From: Takakia lepidozioides
Taxonomy: Eukaryota; Plantae; Bryophyta
Reading direction: 5' to 3'
Length of the DNA: 64,000 bases
Assembly (NCBI GenBank): GCA_030704615.1
Contig: CM060731.1
Coordinates: 40,052,001-40,116,000, forward strand
The position numbers and the translations under genes were made by a program. Below the pieces are notes generated by a model. That model was not told the origin of the DNA. It ran no database searches and worked only from the letters and a program-made list of their open reading frames with translations. Position 1 is the stretch's first letter. Each line of letters opens with the position of its first letter. Below are positions 49,330-63,300 of this stretch, piece by piece.

Positions 49330-50010
49330 AAGATCATGTTCGGGAAGCAACAGAGGAGAGAGATAAGATACTCCCTAGCGGATGATGTTGCAGCTACATG
49401 AGACCGAGCGGTTGGGAAGGGAGCATTTAATCAGGTCCTCAGACAAAGTCACCATTTTCCCACACATTCGCAACATGGCAAAAGCCCGCAGCTTCCCAGG
49501 AGGCCCATTTGCGGTTAAGCGGAATCAAAGGACCCGAATCCAAATTGTAATTGCCAAAGAGGGGTTGTTTTATGGCCTCTGCAAAATTAGATGCCTGCGT
49601 TGGAAGAGACATGGACTCAGCCACAGCCAGGCTGCCGAGATGGAGGTCCAAGCCGATGAGCCCGACAAGTGTGAGGATTTGGTGCCATGAACCAGCCACT
49701 TTAGGGAAGGAGCCCAGCTGTTGGAGTTCCGAGGACATGCACGAATGAGGTATTCACGGATCATCCTGCACCAGGGGCTGCCAGAGAGCCAGAAAGACTT
49801 AGGGATCCATCTGGCCAGAAGCGCCGTGATCTGTTTTTCTAGGTCCAAAATACCCAGGCCACCTTCTGCCTTTGATCAACATAGTTGGGCCCATGAGACC
49901 AGAGCCCGTCTTCTAGGGGTTGATAATCGAGGACCCTGGGGTCCAGACTGAGGCAAAGAACCAAATTGCCGCCAATAAAATCTGATTGAGCACAAGGGCA
50001 CGGCTAGCAA
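49330..50010 (-). mobile_element. L1/Tx1-like LINE ORF2, post-RT fragment
   Basis: KAEGGLGILDLEKQITALLARW...SAAW, then QPLFGN...WEAAGFCHVANVW. Confidence 0.75.
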
Positions 50011-51487
50011 GGGAGAGCCAGGTGGAACTTCAATAGGCCAGATTTCTCCTAAGGTTGCTCAGGACCTACTCGAAGAACTGGTCATCTGTGATGTCGTGCC
50101 CAAACTAAAAACCCAGTAACGTATGGGACTGGCCGTCTTCCCACCATGTCAAGCCCAATTTAGCACCCCATTGCTGGCAGTGATCGAGCAACGAATCAAG
50201 AGGAAGCTTAGATATAAGCCCAACCGATTTACCAGTTTACCTTCAACCCAGATGCTAGATGGAAGTTGTCCAATGCCGAGCAGGCCCTGCTGACATTATG
50301 GGCAGAGTTGTTGTCAATTAGCATGATGGTGTCCTCCCCATACATGGAGGACTTAATGGTGGGAGTGGAAAACATGCCTCTTGAGGTGGGTTGAGACTAA
50401 TGAGGTCTTCCCGAATTCCTGCTATGCAAATAGTGTCCAAGGCAGTTAGCTCAACCAAAAGAAAAAGAAACGGGCCAAGGGACCGACGAGACCTGAGCAC
50501 GCGCGCTGTCAAGGTGATGGCATATTAGCTAGGGCTCGTGGTAAGTCGCGGTGTAGGTTGGGCTCACTGAACCGCCTACCCGACTGCGGTTAGTGCAGGG
50601 GTCCATGGTCGTATATGGTGGCTATAATCACTAACTAGTCCTACCGGCAAAGATGAGTTGAGCACTCCACTTCACAGGGCGAGTTTGCGTTTTCTAAGTC
50701 CTGCGGAACTACTACAATTTGTTCTAATAATTACCTTCCAAGTCTTTTGTTTATTGACTAATTCCTACTACCTAGGACAACAAGCCGCCTATAGCCGGGA
50801 CATCCATTTTTCCCTTCACAAGGCACCTTCCAAACCTAGGGAGGAGAAGGGTACGTTCCCTCTCCCGCTGCCCCTTCCTCGGGTGCTTGAGTTCAAGCTA
50901 TTCCGTTAGAAAGGGCTAATATTTTTCCCTACCCTATTGCCCAAGTCTTTTTAGCTAGCAATAGAGGGGTCTCAATGCCTATTACCATCCAATAGGTTAA
51001 TAGAGGTTCAACAAGTTGACCTTAAGTCACTTAAGTCCATCCACTCAATAAGTTCAATAAGTCTAATAAGTTCATACTGTGCATATTAGTATCCTGTTTA
51101 GGAAATTATCGCACGCAGAAAATGCAGGAAAATAATTGAAATTAAGAAAATTAAGAAAAAATACCTCCCATGCGGGGAATCCTGAGGGGAATCCAAAAGT
51201 ACCCTTAGCACCCTCAAGCTGGGAACATGAGGGAACCCCTGGGGAACCAGACTATACCCCGGGAACCCGGAGAATTGCTCCCCGCCGTGGGTGACAGCCA
51301 CGGCCCAGCCGGATGAATCGAAATCGTTGGATACCACCCATGACACTCATCCATTAGTGCAAAACGTGCATGCCTTAATTATAAAATAGACTCATGGTGG
51401 GTCCAAGCATGGTTTCACCCCACATATATTAAATAAAGAGCCTAGAGCGCTTTCCTCTCTTGGAAAAGGTCATCCCCTACCCCTTGA

Positions 51488-51498
51488 CTCTGACACCA
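51488..51498 (-). other. tRNA-Met-type primer binding site of an LTR retroelement remnant
   Basis: The minus strand reads CA-A-TGGTGTCAGAG, close to the canonical TGGTATCAGAGC next to an LTR 3' CA. No second LTR was found. Confidence 0.5.
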
Positions 51499-52414
51499 TT
51501 GGTCACTGTAGCCTAAATTTTAGGATAGAGTACTTTGTGCTCACTCCAAGTCTCTCGCTGTCTCTAAGTCTCCCTCCGAATATATAGACTTCCTACTCCG
51601 CTGCCCCCGCTCAGAGGAGCCTTAACCCTTAATGGGGTATAAATTAAATAGAATAGCTGAAGGTGAGAAAATCCCCCTTAAAAATAGATCTCAGTTGCTC
51701 TATCCGCAGGGTAAGCACACCCGCCACGTGGCGGGGCGTGGCTCCACGTGGGCTGGTCCGTACTGCGTACTGCCGGTCCATTCCGCGGTTAAAGCCAGCG
51801 TCCGCCGGTCCTTGAACAATCAATCGTATTATCCAGCGGATAAAGACCCGCCCTTTTTTGCACGCTTGAGTGCCTCATGCCCTAGGGCCACGCGGCTATG
51901 TACTTGCTTCCATGGTACGAATGAAGTCAGCGCTGGGGCGCGCAGCCCGTACGTCGTGGCGCCCAGCCACGGCCGCCTCCCGCGCCTAGTTGATTTAGTG
52001 CCTAGCTCTCAAGCGCAACACCCCAGGCTCCCCTGGGCTGCTCGCGATGGCGGGGTAGGTCCTACCAGTCAAGAGAAACCCGCCCCAAACCCCAAAACAA
52101 ACAATCAGCCCTCTCCTAGGCCTCAATGGGGGGGGGGGGGGGGGTTAGAACATAGTGTGGCTTTATAGTGGCCTAAATTACACCTTCGGCCTGCTGGTCC
52201 CTACTTTCCAGAGCTGGAATATAGCTGACATTAGTCACCAAGAACATGAAAATTCATCCTTCAATCAACTCAAGATAAAAGCTCAAATATTGGTACTCAT
52301 TCCATTGGCATCATGGGGTCTTCCCCTTGTCAATCATAAACTTGAAATCAACATATATTCGTACTACATTCACCTCCTTGAGAGGGCTTCATTTCAATCA
52401 ATTTTTCAATTTTT

Positions 52415-53179
52415 CAATGTTGGGAGGTTATTATCTTTTGTAAGACCCGCTGGTTCCGGGTATTGGCTGGGTGAGGTTGTGGACATACCCGCCGGAGACC
52501 AATACTAGAATTATTTAGGATTTTACATACCCGGGGGTTATCAATCAAGCCCATTATCAAATTATTAGACAACATATCAATAACAATCAAACATGGATGA
52601 TAACCTACTATTATCAACCCGGGGCCGGGGTTTAAAAAAATTCTTCAACCATTGTTTAAGAGCGCCCTGTCCATGTAAAATTTATCCGAACTTATCAAAG
52701 TGATGAAGAATACTAACAAATTAAATCAAAATGTTATCTACTAACTAATACTAATACTAATGTACTTATTTAGGTGGCTAGAATTATAAAGTTAGTTAGT
52801 ATTCCTAAGTACTCTAAGTAGTTTGTATTTCTTAAGGTACGGTGTGTAAATTTGGGCAATGTTTGACAACGTTTAAGTATTAGTTCGGTTTAATATGTTT
52901 TTAAGGGGGTGCTAAATCTTTGAAGCGATGGGGAATCAAAACTACATGTCCAGCCACTTGATATTGATATGTGGGAAATCTAGTTTTTTTCAATATCAAT
53001 ATCACCGAAGCCTTATCCAAGGGTCCGGGTCTCAGCATCAATATGAGCTCAACACTTAACCGGCGGATAGGTTATGAACGTGGTATTGTCCAACAATGTA
53101 CCCTGCGGGTCCGGGTCCACATACCTGCATTGATACCTGTGTTGATACCCTCTGGGTACCCAATACCCTCCCAACATTG
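52415..53179. mobile_element. Possible MITE
   Basis: 13-bp TIRs CAATGTTGGGAGG / CCTCCCAACATTG, ACCCG/TATC subterminal motifs and an AT-rich core. No TSD was seen. Confidence 0.5.
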
Positions 53180-54559
53180 GTCAAGACCATGCTTGATAAA
53201 TCAAAAGCTTCACATACATAAAGGGAGAAGTGAGGGTGTGACAACCTTCCAATGCAAGTGTGCTTGAGATGCTCTAATGACTCGTGAAATGGTACTCTAG
53301 GTGGTCCTTCTTGGTACTCATCTCTAGATCCACACCGGCCTCCCCTATTCGTTTTCAAGTCTACCTCCTCTACATGAATTTGCACATAATCTCCTTCATC
53401 AATTCCCAAGGGCCTCAAGGCCAAAATGAACTAGGACTCTTGCCTTAGCTCTCAACACATCTTCCTAAACTAGAGAGCTCCAAGCTCCACTTCCTAGGAC
53501 CTAGGCCTCCTCAAGCAAAAACTAACAAAGCACAATGCAACAAGCAAAAGGAAACTATGCAAATGAACTAGGTGAAGAACAAGGGGGGCATCCCTCTTCT
53601 TTTATACCGTTTTTGAGCCTTAAAAACTAATGAGAAATAATTTTAAACTATAATAACCTTGAAGGATCTATAGTTTAAAATTCATAGATTGAAATAAACT
53701 AAGGAAATGGATGGAAAATCTTGGAGGTTCCCAAGAAGGAACAACTTCCGGTATATCGAATTGGCGAAAACCGGCGATTGAAATATCTTGTCATCCCCGA
53801 TCACCCTGAAAATTTGCAGGCATCTACAAGGTGCTCAATTATAAATTTTCACCAAGTTTGGTGATTTATGGAGGAGATTAGTGACGACATCAAATTATCA
53901 AGTCAACGGCACTCACAGAAGCCGATTATGTGAATTTCTACTTCATCCATGGGATGAAAAGGGAAAATTCGCCCTGGAAGATGAATGAATGACAAATGAC
54001 AACTAGCGTCAACTAGTCATCCAAAGGGATGAATGAAAAACCAGATTTCATTAAATAACTGTTGGTGCCCCTAGGGGTCTTTGGCCCTGCCACTGGGTCA
54101 CAGATCTTCCGGGAGTCTTCTCCTACACGCCGCTGGGGAGTTAAAACTTCACCGTGAAACTACTAAACTGTCGTTCGCTCCGATGCAACACTTTGCTTTG
54201 TCGCGACATTTCATTGTTGTACAGATTGTTTCTTCCAATTGCTAAACTCCTCACCGTGTATTCCTACTGGATTTGGAAGACGGGAGAACAGAGAGATCGC
54301 AATCTGGGACTCAAACAGTCGTCATGTATTGTTCGAACATGTTCACCTTGCCGTTATCAGTATCAATTTGGCAACTTAACCTGCTGTCCATGCAGCTTCC
54401 TACGGTCATCTTGACGCCAGAGCTCCTCTCCATGGTCGTCGCAGACACTGACTAAGATCCTAAGTGTTGTACCAATGATTTCCCATTAACTGACAAACTA
54501 CCCCGTTTTGGCAGTACAATGCCGAAACTGCCTGTTTAGAGATAAAAAACGATCTAAAA

Positions 54560-55075
54560 AGAAAATTGTACCATTATATGCACCTACAGGGATAGCCCTG
54601 TCTGACCGACCTATGTAAGGCAAATGAGGAAGAGATGAGCCCGTTCACAACAACCTTACTGAAGGCAGAGTATAATAAGATTTCAACCCAATTCAAAAAT
54701 GGACCACCAAATCCTGCTTTCATGAGCACCTTTTGGAGGAAGGGCCAATATTTATATTATCAAAAGCCTTCTCAAAATCTAGCATAAGGAAAGCCAGAGG
54801 TTGCGCATTCACCTAAGCCAAATGTAGAGCCTCCTTAGCAAATAGAAGTTGTCTAAAATCATTCTGCTTATGAATGATTTTGGGAAGCAACGGCTGAATG
54901 CGCATGGCGAGAGCTTTGGCAATTACCTTATATTAGGTGGAATTTAACAGGGTGATAGGCCGATAATTAGCTGAGATGAGAGATTTGTCACATTTCTTGA
55001 ATATCAAAGTTATGAGGCCTTGCGAGAGCTGTGAGGGCATATCCATTTAGCCAATATGTCAGAATCAGGAGTGGA
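54560..55075 (-). mobile_element. L1-like reverse transcriptase fragment
   Basis: GLITLIFKK...NYRPITLLNST*YKVIAKALAMR...LDFEKAFDN...VVNG..SVRQG, with stops. Confidence 0.85.
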
Positions 55076-55299
55076 TTTTCGGCAGGGATGCCTCGGCGTG
55101 AGCCTGGTCACGTGAGCGCGTGAGCGCAACTGCACTCACGCCATGTCACCTTGCGCCAATGCCACATCACGGGGCTCACTCCACGTCATCACACTTGAAG
55201 ACCGCGTCACCACGCGCCCAGGAAGAAGTGGAGTGTATTCCCGCGGATTGGCACCCTTTACCGTGGAAACAATCTGGACGACATAATAAAAGGCATTGA

Positions 55300-55650
55300 A
55301 TAAAGGATGGATGAATGTACAGTTGGATGATAAACAGATGGATGAGTGTGAAAAATGAATGTAGATGGATGAATGAGGGATGGATAAGAGTCAAATGGAT
55401 GAATGTATAATGGATGTTGAGCAATGACAAACATTCATGACAGGAAGATGCATGACTAAAACTTTAGACAAATGCACAACGTATATGACATGAGTGTGGA
55501 AGGTTTGTGGGGTGGATTAAAGAGTACAGAGGATGAATGTACAATGGATGTTGAACAAAGGAAAACATTCATGAATGGAGCACGCATGAATACATTGTAG
55601 ATGAAAGCACAATGGATATGACAAGAGTGAGGGAGGTTTGTGAGATGGAT
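55300..55650. repeat. GGATGA-rich tract with a ~135-bp tandem duplication
   Basis: GGATGAATGTA.AATGGATGTTGA.CAA..A.AACATTCATGA is repeated at about 55397 and about 55530. Confidence 0.7.
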
Positions 55651-56290
55651 TCATACATATTGCAATTTAAATGGTAGTTGATTCTTTGATTATTTTTCTT
55701 TCCAAAGGAACAACTACGGTGGAGGAAGGGGATTCAACGTTTTCCAAAGAGGATGAAACATAATAGTAAAAGAACATAGTTCAGTCTGACTCAGAGTCAG
55801 TACAATGTATCCCCACTTCCTCTGCATCTAAGTCTAAGTATTTAAGAACTCCGGATCTACGCTGGTTACACCTACGGCCAGGCAGTAAAAATTCAGGGGA
55901 TAGGGACTCGGCCGCGTGAAGTGCCATTGCTTCGGCATAATCAGGAAGCAGAAAATTGGAAAGGGGGCTGTCGAAAACAGACTCGCCACAAATGACTGTA
56001 TCTCCTGAAGATCCACCGCTGCCTTTCCTGAAAGACAGCCTGAAAAAGTTATTACTGTAACTTTGATGTTATTGAGAAATTGAGTATGACTCCCAAAGTG
56101 GGTTTAGCACTTACTTACATAAAAAGTCGTTGTCGACCTGCTTATCTTCAGGATCGTCATCATTTCGAATTTGAATCCGATCAGTCTGTGTGCCTGAAGT
56201 GGAGCCATACAAAAGGGGGAGGAGCATTGTGTTGTAGAGGTCAGAATCACCCTCCATGCCAAAAAGGCTCCTTCCGCCTGCCTTGCATGC

Positions 56291-56719
56291 ATGGTAAGTT
56301 GCTCCTGCACCAGACAGGAGGACATGAACAGTTTGGTGTCAGTCCCTGGGGAAGGGGGCCCCCTCAGAGTGATGCAAGAGCACTCGGCCATGGATTCGGC
56401 TAAGGAGGGGGGTGTTCCCAAGGTGGTGGTAATGATGCAGGAAGGGGTAAGGATTAGCAAATCGATTAAACTACCCACTCTAGATGGTGCATTCATTTTT
56501 GTCATGGTGAAGGAAGAATCACTAAGTGTGGTGTATTTTGCATGTAATGGCGAAGGCCATGTCAAGGTGGACTGCCCACAGGCCCTCAATGGCAAGACGC
56601 CTCGACGATATGTCACTCTGGTTTCTTCAGTGCCAAAAGGAAAAAGAGGTGGCGACAAAGGAGGCGGCAATAGATCCGAGTCTGCCTCTTTCCCTGCGCC
56701 CGTCGATTGCACAGAGTAG
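56291..56719 (+). mobile_element. Degenerate LINE ORF1-like fragment (zinc knuckle)
   Basis: YFACNGEGHVKVDCP is a CCHC knuckle with the first C replaced by Y. It follows a VVVMM...SIKLP segment resembling LINE ORF1. Confidence 0.5.
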
Positions 56720-57639
56720 CATGGCGGCATCTGCGTCGCCCCCTTCGGCAGGTAGATCTCTCAAGAGGAAGCGCCTCTGTTCACCGGGTGTGTCTTCCCC
56801 GACAAGGCGCCCAAGGCTGGTGTTGCTTCCTCACACGATCAGGAGCCCCCCGCCACTCGACGCCCCCCCTGTCACATTCCCTTTCTGCGATTACATGGAT
56901 ATCATGGATTCCCCAACAGTCAACTTGGCTACCAACTGCTTGGCCCGCTTACATCTTTTGCAGGTCTCTCATTGCGCCAATGGTCTCCAGAGAATGTTGT
57001 TATCAAAACCACGGCGGCCATCCACATGTCCCCCATTGTATATAAGCTCAGGGATGGCTCTCCCAAGTTGTTTTTGTCGGGTGGGGATGGTGGAGTCAGT
57101 GCTTGGGTCACTAGAAAAGTGGCTAACATGTTTGAAGCAATGCAGGAGGTGGACTTGGTTTTATGGGTGGCCAGGGAGCTCTTCTCCACCAAGTGCTATC
57201 AGTTTCACCTTTCGTAGGAAGCAGTACCTCACTTTGGAGCCTTTGTAGACAACTCTCCTGAACATGATTTTTCTCCACCATTCAGGTGTTGTTGGTACTG
57301 ACGGTTGATGAAGTCCTTCGCCAGCACCCAGAGATTGCTCACAGTGCTTGGGTCTCCAAGCGCACACTGATAAACACTCACCGTTTAGATGTCGGCATCA
57401 TTAAAAGTCGGACAGTTCTTAGGGCGGGATTCAAGATTGTAGAGGCGATTTTTGGGTCTGAGTGGAACTGCTAGCACTGCCCCGACCCCCGTAGCGGGGT
57501 GTGAAGGACTGTTGGCTATGGCAAATGTTGATGAATCATCTTTGGCTTCCCCTAGCCCGGCCTCCCTCCGCCAATCTGGCTGAGCCCCCAGCTCTGATGG
57601 TAAGCTCGTCTTACTCTGCCATGCCCCTCTTCATCTGTT

Positions 57640-58050
57640 GTGCTGACCCTCTTTGATCACGCGGTCGAGATATTTGGCTCATTGCACCGGCACTTCGATG
57701 ATTTCTTGCGGACATGTGCACATCATGCAGCCAAGAGCGGGTCCACTGGCATCCCACATGCCTCCGTCCTTATCGCCTACTATCGACAACGTGTTTCAGT
57801 TGCTTTGCAGAGAGCACAAGCCATATTTATTTTGCATCAGGCTGATGTGGCTAGCTCCGCGTCATCTCATCTTCCGCCTCTGCCTAACACTTTGCCTATC
57901 TCCTTGCTTGATCTCCTCCAAGCTGTTGGCTGGGAGGGTCGTTCTGCTTGAGTAGCTTACTATAGCTTCTGTTTTCGTCGCTGGTTGAGTAGCTTACTAT
58001 AGCTTTTGTTTTCTTCTCTAGTTGAGTAGCTTACTATAGCTTTTTGTTTT
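57640..58050 (+). mobile_element. 3' end of a CRE-like (RLE-endonuclease) non-LTR retrotransposon
   Basis: AVEIFGSLH...YYRQRVSVALQRAQA matches the ETxG...RxSVALQRxNA C-terminus of RLE elements. It is followed by three TTGAGTAGCTTACTATAGCTT repeats. Confidence 0.7.
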
Positions 58051-59399
58051 CTTCTCTTGTTTCTTGTTCCTCCCCCCCTTTTTGGGAACTTATGATCATA
58101 TGCACGTTCATCCATTGTACATGTTGTAAATAAAATCTTACAGGGTTTCACCACACACATTTTCTGAGAGTCCTTCCGGTGTGGTTTTTTACGCTTATGT
58201 ATTGCTATGCTATGGATGTCACCCACATTATGGGACCCAAGTGTAGGGGATCTATACCCTCTTTTCCCTGTCTGGAAGACTTTCCCCACCACTTGGCTTC
58301 AAATGGATCTATGCTCTCCCGCCGTCTGACAACCCCGGGGAAGTCACTTCCAAATATTCCCAACCGTCGTGCAAAAAAATATAGGGTGCAATTTATTTTG
58401 AAAAGATAAAAATTAAAAAATATTTAAAATTAATAATGGGTACATTATATTGTGATTAGGGAATTTAAATGAATATAGGGTTTAAAATATTAAAAAAATA
58501 AGATTACTATAGCATTGAGATAATACTTGTGGACGTATCCAATGATTAGTCCATGGACAAGTATCGTGCATTTAGAGTTTAGGGTCCAATGGTAAGGGAG
58601 AGGGTTTGAGTGCGGGGGTTTCATTTTTTTCTAACAATAAAGGAGGGAGTTTCCTATTGATTGTCATCCGTGAGGGCCGGATTTTAAGCACAATATTACC
58701 TTCGAATCCCTGTGGATTGATAGCTACATGAAACCTGCTTGGGTGAATGGTTGACTGGAAGCACGAGAAACAACAGCGGCAGACAGAATACGAGGAGGTT
58801 GGTGAGGGCTGACAGAGACGAGGAGAAGCTTCGAGGGAATATTTTTCGGAGCCCTGTCAACTGTCATTAGGGAGCAGGTGGGGAGCAGGTGGGATATCGT
58901 GGCAGCCTATTGATCTCTTAAATAGACCAACCACACCAATTATGGTGTTATTAAACTACTTCTCAAAATCTAGAGGACAATTTAAATTCAAAATATGATC
59001 ATATTGACAAAAAGTGAATAGATGTAGACTCGGTTATTAGTTCAGTCACTATGACTTTCGATACAGTGCAGAATGTTTATACCTTGAATAGTGTAAATGA
59101 ATTTATTTCAACCAAATAATAAATTAAATTATCTTGAAAAAACCTCTTTTATTGCATTATTAATATAGGGTGTTTAGTATTTGTTTAAAATAATAAAATA
59201 TAATTAAAATAACATATCAAAAATTCACCATATTACAAAATTATGTAATTATAGGATACTAAAAAATACCCAAAATAAAAGTAATACCTTTGAAGTAGAT
59301 TAGCAGAAGTGAGTTTCTTTCAAACATAACTGTGACTGGATGATTTTGAACTCTATTTTCTGTTTATCTTTTTTCGCCCATAGGAGATAACAGAACGGG

Positions 59400-59665
59400 A
59401 GACCTCCCGTGATCCCTTAGTGTATCACCGGGCTAAATCCAATCTTCGGTCTCTCATGAAGTACAAAGAAGACATGCTAAAAAGGAAAGGCAGGGTGAAT
59501 TGGTCGTTAAAGGGAGAAGAGATGAATAAATATTTTTTCATCGAGGCTAAGCAAAGATCTATGGCTAACTCCATTGCTTCTTTGAAGGATCCGCATGGAG
59601 TACCTCAATTCTCGGCTAAGAAGATGGCTGCCATTGTTGCTGACTACTTTTCTGCTTTGTTTTAA
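59400..59665 (+). mobile_element. L1-like ORF2 endonuclease-RT linker fragment
   Basis: KGRVNWSLKGEEMNKYFF...NSIASLKD...DYFSALF. Confidence 0.7.
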
Positions 59666-60289
59666 GTTCCGTTAATCCAACGACGCAATGGCGTGAGCGT
59701 ACGCTCACGCCAACTGACGTGGCGTGAGCCTGCACCCACGCTGACGTGGCGTGAGCGTCATGTCAGCATGCTGATGTGGTGGCAAATGATGACGTGGCAC
59801 TGTCCGTCATCTGCCACGTCAGCATTAACATGCGCCGCCTATAACCGAGGATGGTCCTATGACCGTGGAATTAATGCAGGGAATCTTGCCTAAATAGAAT
59901 CAAGACTACCATGAGGCCTACAATTGTAACATCCAACATTGTGCAATTACAAATGCTTGTTTCACTTTTACAATTACGAGGACGAGAAAATATCCTCACA
60001 AAGTGTGCACCATAAAGGCTGCCACGGGAAGACCTTCCTCCCTCCTCAAATAACAATGAGAGTTAGGATCATCTTCAAAAGATGATTGTAGTGCATAGCG
60101 ACAGCAAGACATGTAGACTTCGAACGGTGCAATGACAAATGTGCTTTTAAAAGTTGCCACTCAGAGCTCACTCCTTATAGTTGGAGGCCATATCATTGCA
60201 CCGCCGACGAATTGATGTGAATTACACATTTCAAATCATGGTCGTCCACATACCACAATGCATAGTTGATGCTACCCATGTGTTGTATC

Positions 60290-63200
60290 CCGCTGCAATA
60301 GAGTATCGACCTCGTTGAAACTCATAGTGGCCTGGTGAATGAAGTTGTCACGTTGGGATCGCAAACCATCCTCTTAAAAATATGAAATACAAATGTTTGC
60401 AGGATATGAATTTACCTCTCTTGCCCAAACTGGTTGATAGCATATTCACAAAATCAGGACATGTGCAATTGGGGAAATTGGAAACCGTGATGTCGTAGGT
60501 CCTGTCATGAACAGCAGATGTGGAAGTGATGATTGTGCATATCCGACCATATCCTGGATCGGGTACTTCTGTGGTGCTTCCAACACGAGCTTGGAGCATT
60601 CTTGCGGACTCCACTTTGCCAAAGTGTTCAGCGGTTGGAGGGAAACGCCGAACGAGCTTTCCATCTTGTTTGGTTGGCCACAAGTCAGGATTTTCCGGGG
60701 GGACCCGGGAGGACGCAGAAGTAGTAGCACATGCATGGAGTTGGGGTTGTCTCGCAAGGGAAAAACCTGCCTCCTCCAGCATTTCAATCTTCTGAAAGCT
60801 GAGATGTGTTCCCACCTTCACGGGCCAAACGGTTGGAGGAGATGGCTTCATCACTACGGAAGGACGCACAGTTCCATGCACACATCTGGCACAATCATCT
60901 GCGCAGAACCAGAACTTGTGGTTCTTGGCTTCTGGTTGACCGTATGGACGCATCAAACCCGTGACACGAGACCCTACACTTGTGCGTTCTATGTGCCAAA
61001 CGTGGTCGGGGCATGCGAACTCAAGCACATCAAGGGGGTTGTTTCTCCTATGCACCATTTCAGTGGCACTGTTTGATGCTGGAGCTTGCCGTCGTGTTGG
61101 AGGTTCCTCCACAATGGAGGTTCCGGACATGGAGCTGTCATGCAGGGGAACACGAGGCTTCGAGAAGTTATCACGGTCTGCCCTGTGCGAATCGGAATCC
61201 GAACCAGATGGAGTGTTCAATTTCCTCTTACAGGAGCCGAATCTCTCCTCCCCTTCAAGATGTGGAACTCTAGAAACAAGTGGCGTTCCCTGGGCATACA
61301 TGCTCACCGCTCGTGCTATCTTGATTGGATCCCTAGATCTGTTTGCAGCATGCAACATCAACTCCCATTTGTCCGGACCCTTGCCACCAACCCCACCTCG
61401 TAAGAAATCACGGTATCGGGTTTGTTGTTGCAAGGCACGTATCAAATCATCTGTTGTTGCCACATACAAATCCCGTCCTCGTTTCCCAGACTGCTGCAAC
61501 CATGCATTGTGCACAGTTTCTGCCAAATTGCAAGATGGCATGTCCGCCATTTCCTCAATGGACATGTTCTGCAAAGTGCAGAACCACACTTCAAAACAGT
61601 GAACAGAAAACAACATAAAGAAAGCGAGGACACAATAAAATAGAAAGTAAATGTATGAATAAAGCAATAAATATAAGCCTCGTACCACTAGCATGGCTGC
61701 TCCCCACTGTCTATACCGGAAGTGCCAAAATGCCAGCCAATCTTCCAATGCTCTCATATTCTCAAGTGATGCAGCTCCAGAAGAGAACCACCAAGCACGA
61801 ATTGTCTGGAACAAAGTGTCTGCCTCTTTCATTGTTCTAGCATCTTTGTACTCTTTGCACAATTTACGGTGCTGAGTCTGCATCTCTGGTTTGATGTCCG
61901 ACTTTGTATGTTTTTCTAGAGATTGTGTCCAATGGAATAGACATGTACGCTCTCTTCCTCGCATTGGCACTTTTGGGTCGCCCGATCCGAAGACAATACG
62001 AACAACATTGAAATTTGCTTGAGCACTATCCGCCATGAAACCTGCAAAATTTGGAGATGGCAGCCCATGACACGTATCAGAGAATTCCACATGAGCTTCT
62101 GGGATTCCGTATCCTCGGATTGCATGTCACAAACTGCAATTGTCATAATTCGTTGGTACACTGGATCGTAGACATGACAAGCCATTGTCGTCCAATCCTT
62201 CACTCGTTTCACATGATCAAACATAAGAAAACAGTTCTGCAAGTCCTCAGTCTTCTGCATCCGCTTCACGAGGCTAACCCCACTGCCCTCCCCAACAGTC
62301 GACATTTTGAAAAGAAAAACTTTGATGGCACCTTGACCTGGGAATACATTGTCCTGGATGTAATCGTACTTGCTCACTCGTTTCAACTCCAAAATGTTGT
62401 CTATGTAGCCTCTGATACCAGAGCCCATTCTTAATGCATTGATCTGATGCCGAATGTTAGGTGAACTCAAAGTGGAGAAATGATCCATGACCAGGTCCAA
62501 TGCTGCACCGTCAAGTTTAGTCCCCACAGAATCCCCTTCACTCAAAATATGGCTTTCCAAGAAGGACTTGCTTGCGCCAAGAGCAATTGCAGATGTTGTT
62601 GCGGATGGGTTTCTCCCGAACTCCTGTTTAATCAACCTCGATACTGTCTCAACACTCTCCCTGTAATCCCCCTTCGAGACAAGATGGTTATGGAATCCGA
62701 AATGCACACAAGCTCTTGTCATTGTTTTCAAACGGTGGACAACATAGTACATTCTTGCTCCGCAGAGCGCCAAGCAGGATGACACAAGTTTGCAGACGAA
62801 AGTGTTTGCCGGTGGAGGGGCAGTCCCAGGCTGAAATGGATTTTCCGCCAGACCCTCCCATTCGCTTTGATTATGAACCCCAGACTGAAGAAAGTGTCTG
62901 CAATTCAAATTATCACACCTAAGGTGTCCATTGCAAACTGTTCTCCTAAAAACAAGCTTGTCATCATTCTGAATATTGGATGTTTTTGTTCTGCACCACG
63001 GGTGCCCGTCGTGTTTCTTGTCCATTCCATGCATCATGATTGTTACACCTCCAACTCGCGGAGGAGGAGGCAGCTCGAATAGGATATCGCCATCAAAAGT
63101 CTCTGGCAAGAACTTCACAGGCACCTGCTTCAAAGATTCCCAATCAATTCCTCGCAACTCACTTTTGAATCCAGCCATTCCTCCCATCGCCCGTAATTTT

Positions 63201-63300
63201 GGAATGACACTACAAATCTCTTCTTCATCAGCTTCTCCAACCACAGTAGGAAGGACTGGATTTGGAATTTCACTTATGTCATCATCGGACGAATCCGAAA
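60290..63300 (-). mobile_element. Mutator-like (MULE) transposase with N-terminal Cys/His domain and C-terminal SWIM finger, frameshifted
   Basis: Candidate DDE core FDH...FMADS...CLFHW (CxxH)...CNLAETVH. SWIM finger CTCPDF-x13-CKH. Frameshift near 62080 and an in-frame GT-AG intron at about 61570-61685. The element probably continues past the right edge. Confidence 0.75.

Noticed and set aside
55083-55220. CAGGGATG (Ac-like) terminus and GGCGTGAGC motifs pairing with 59680-59830 as one element
   Set aside because: Only short motifs are shared. No matching TIR or TSD was found.
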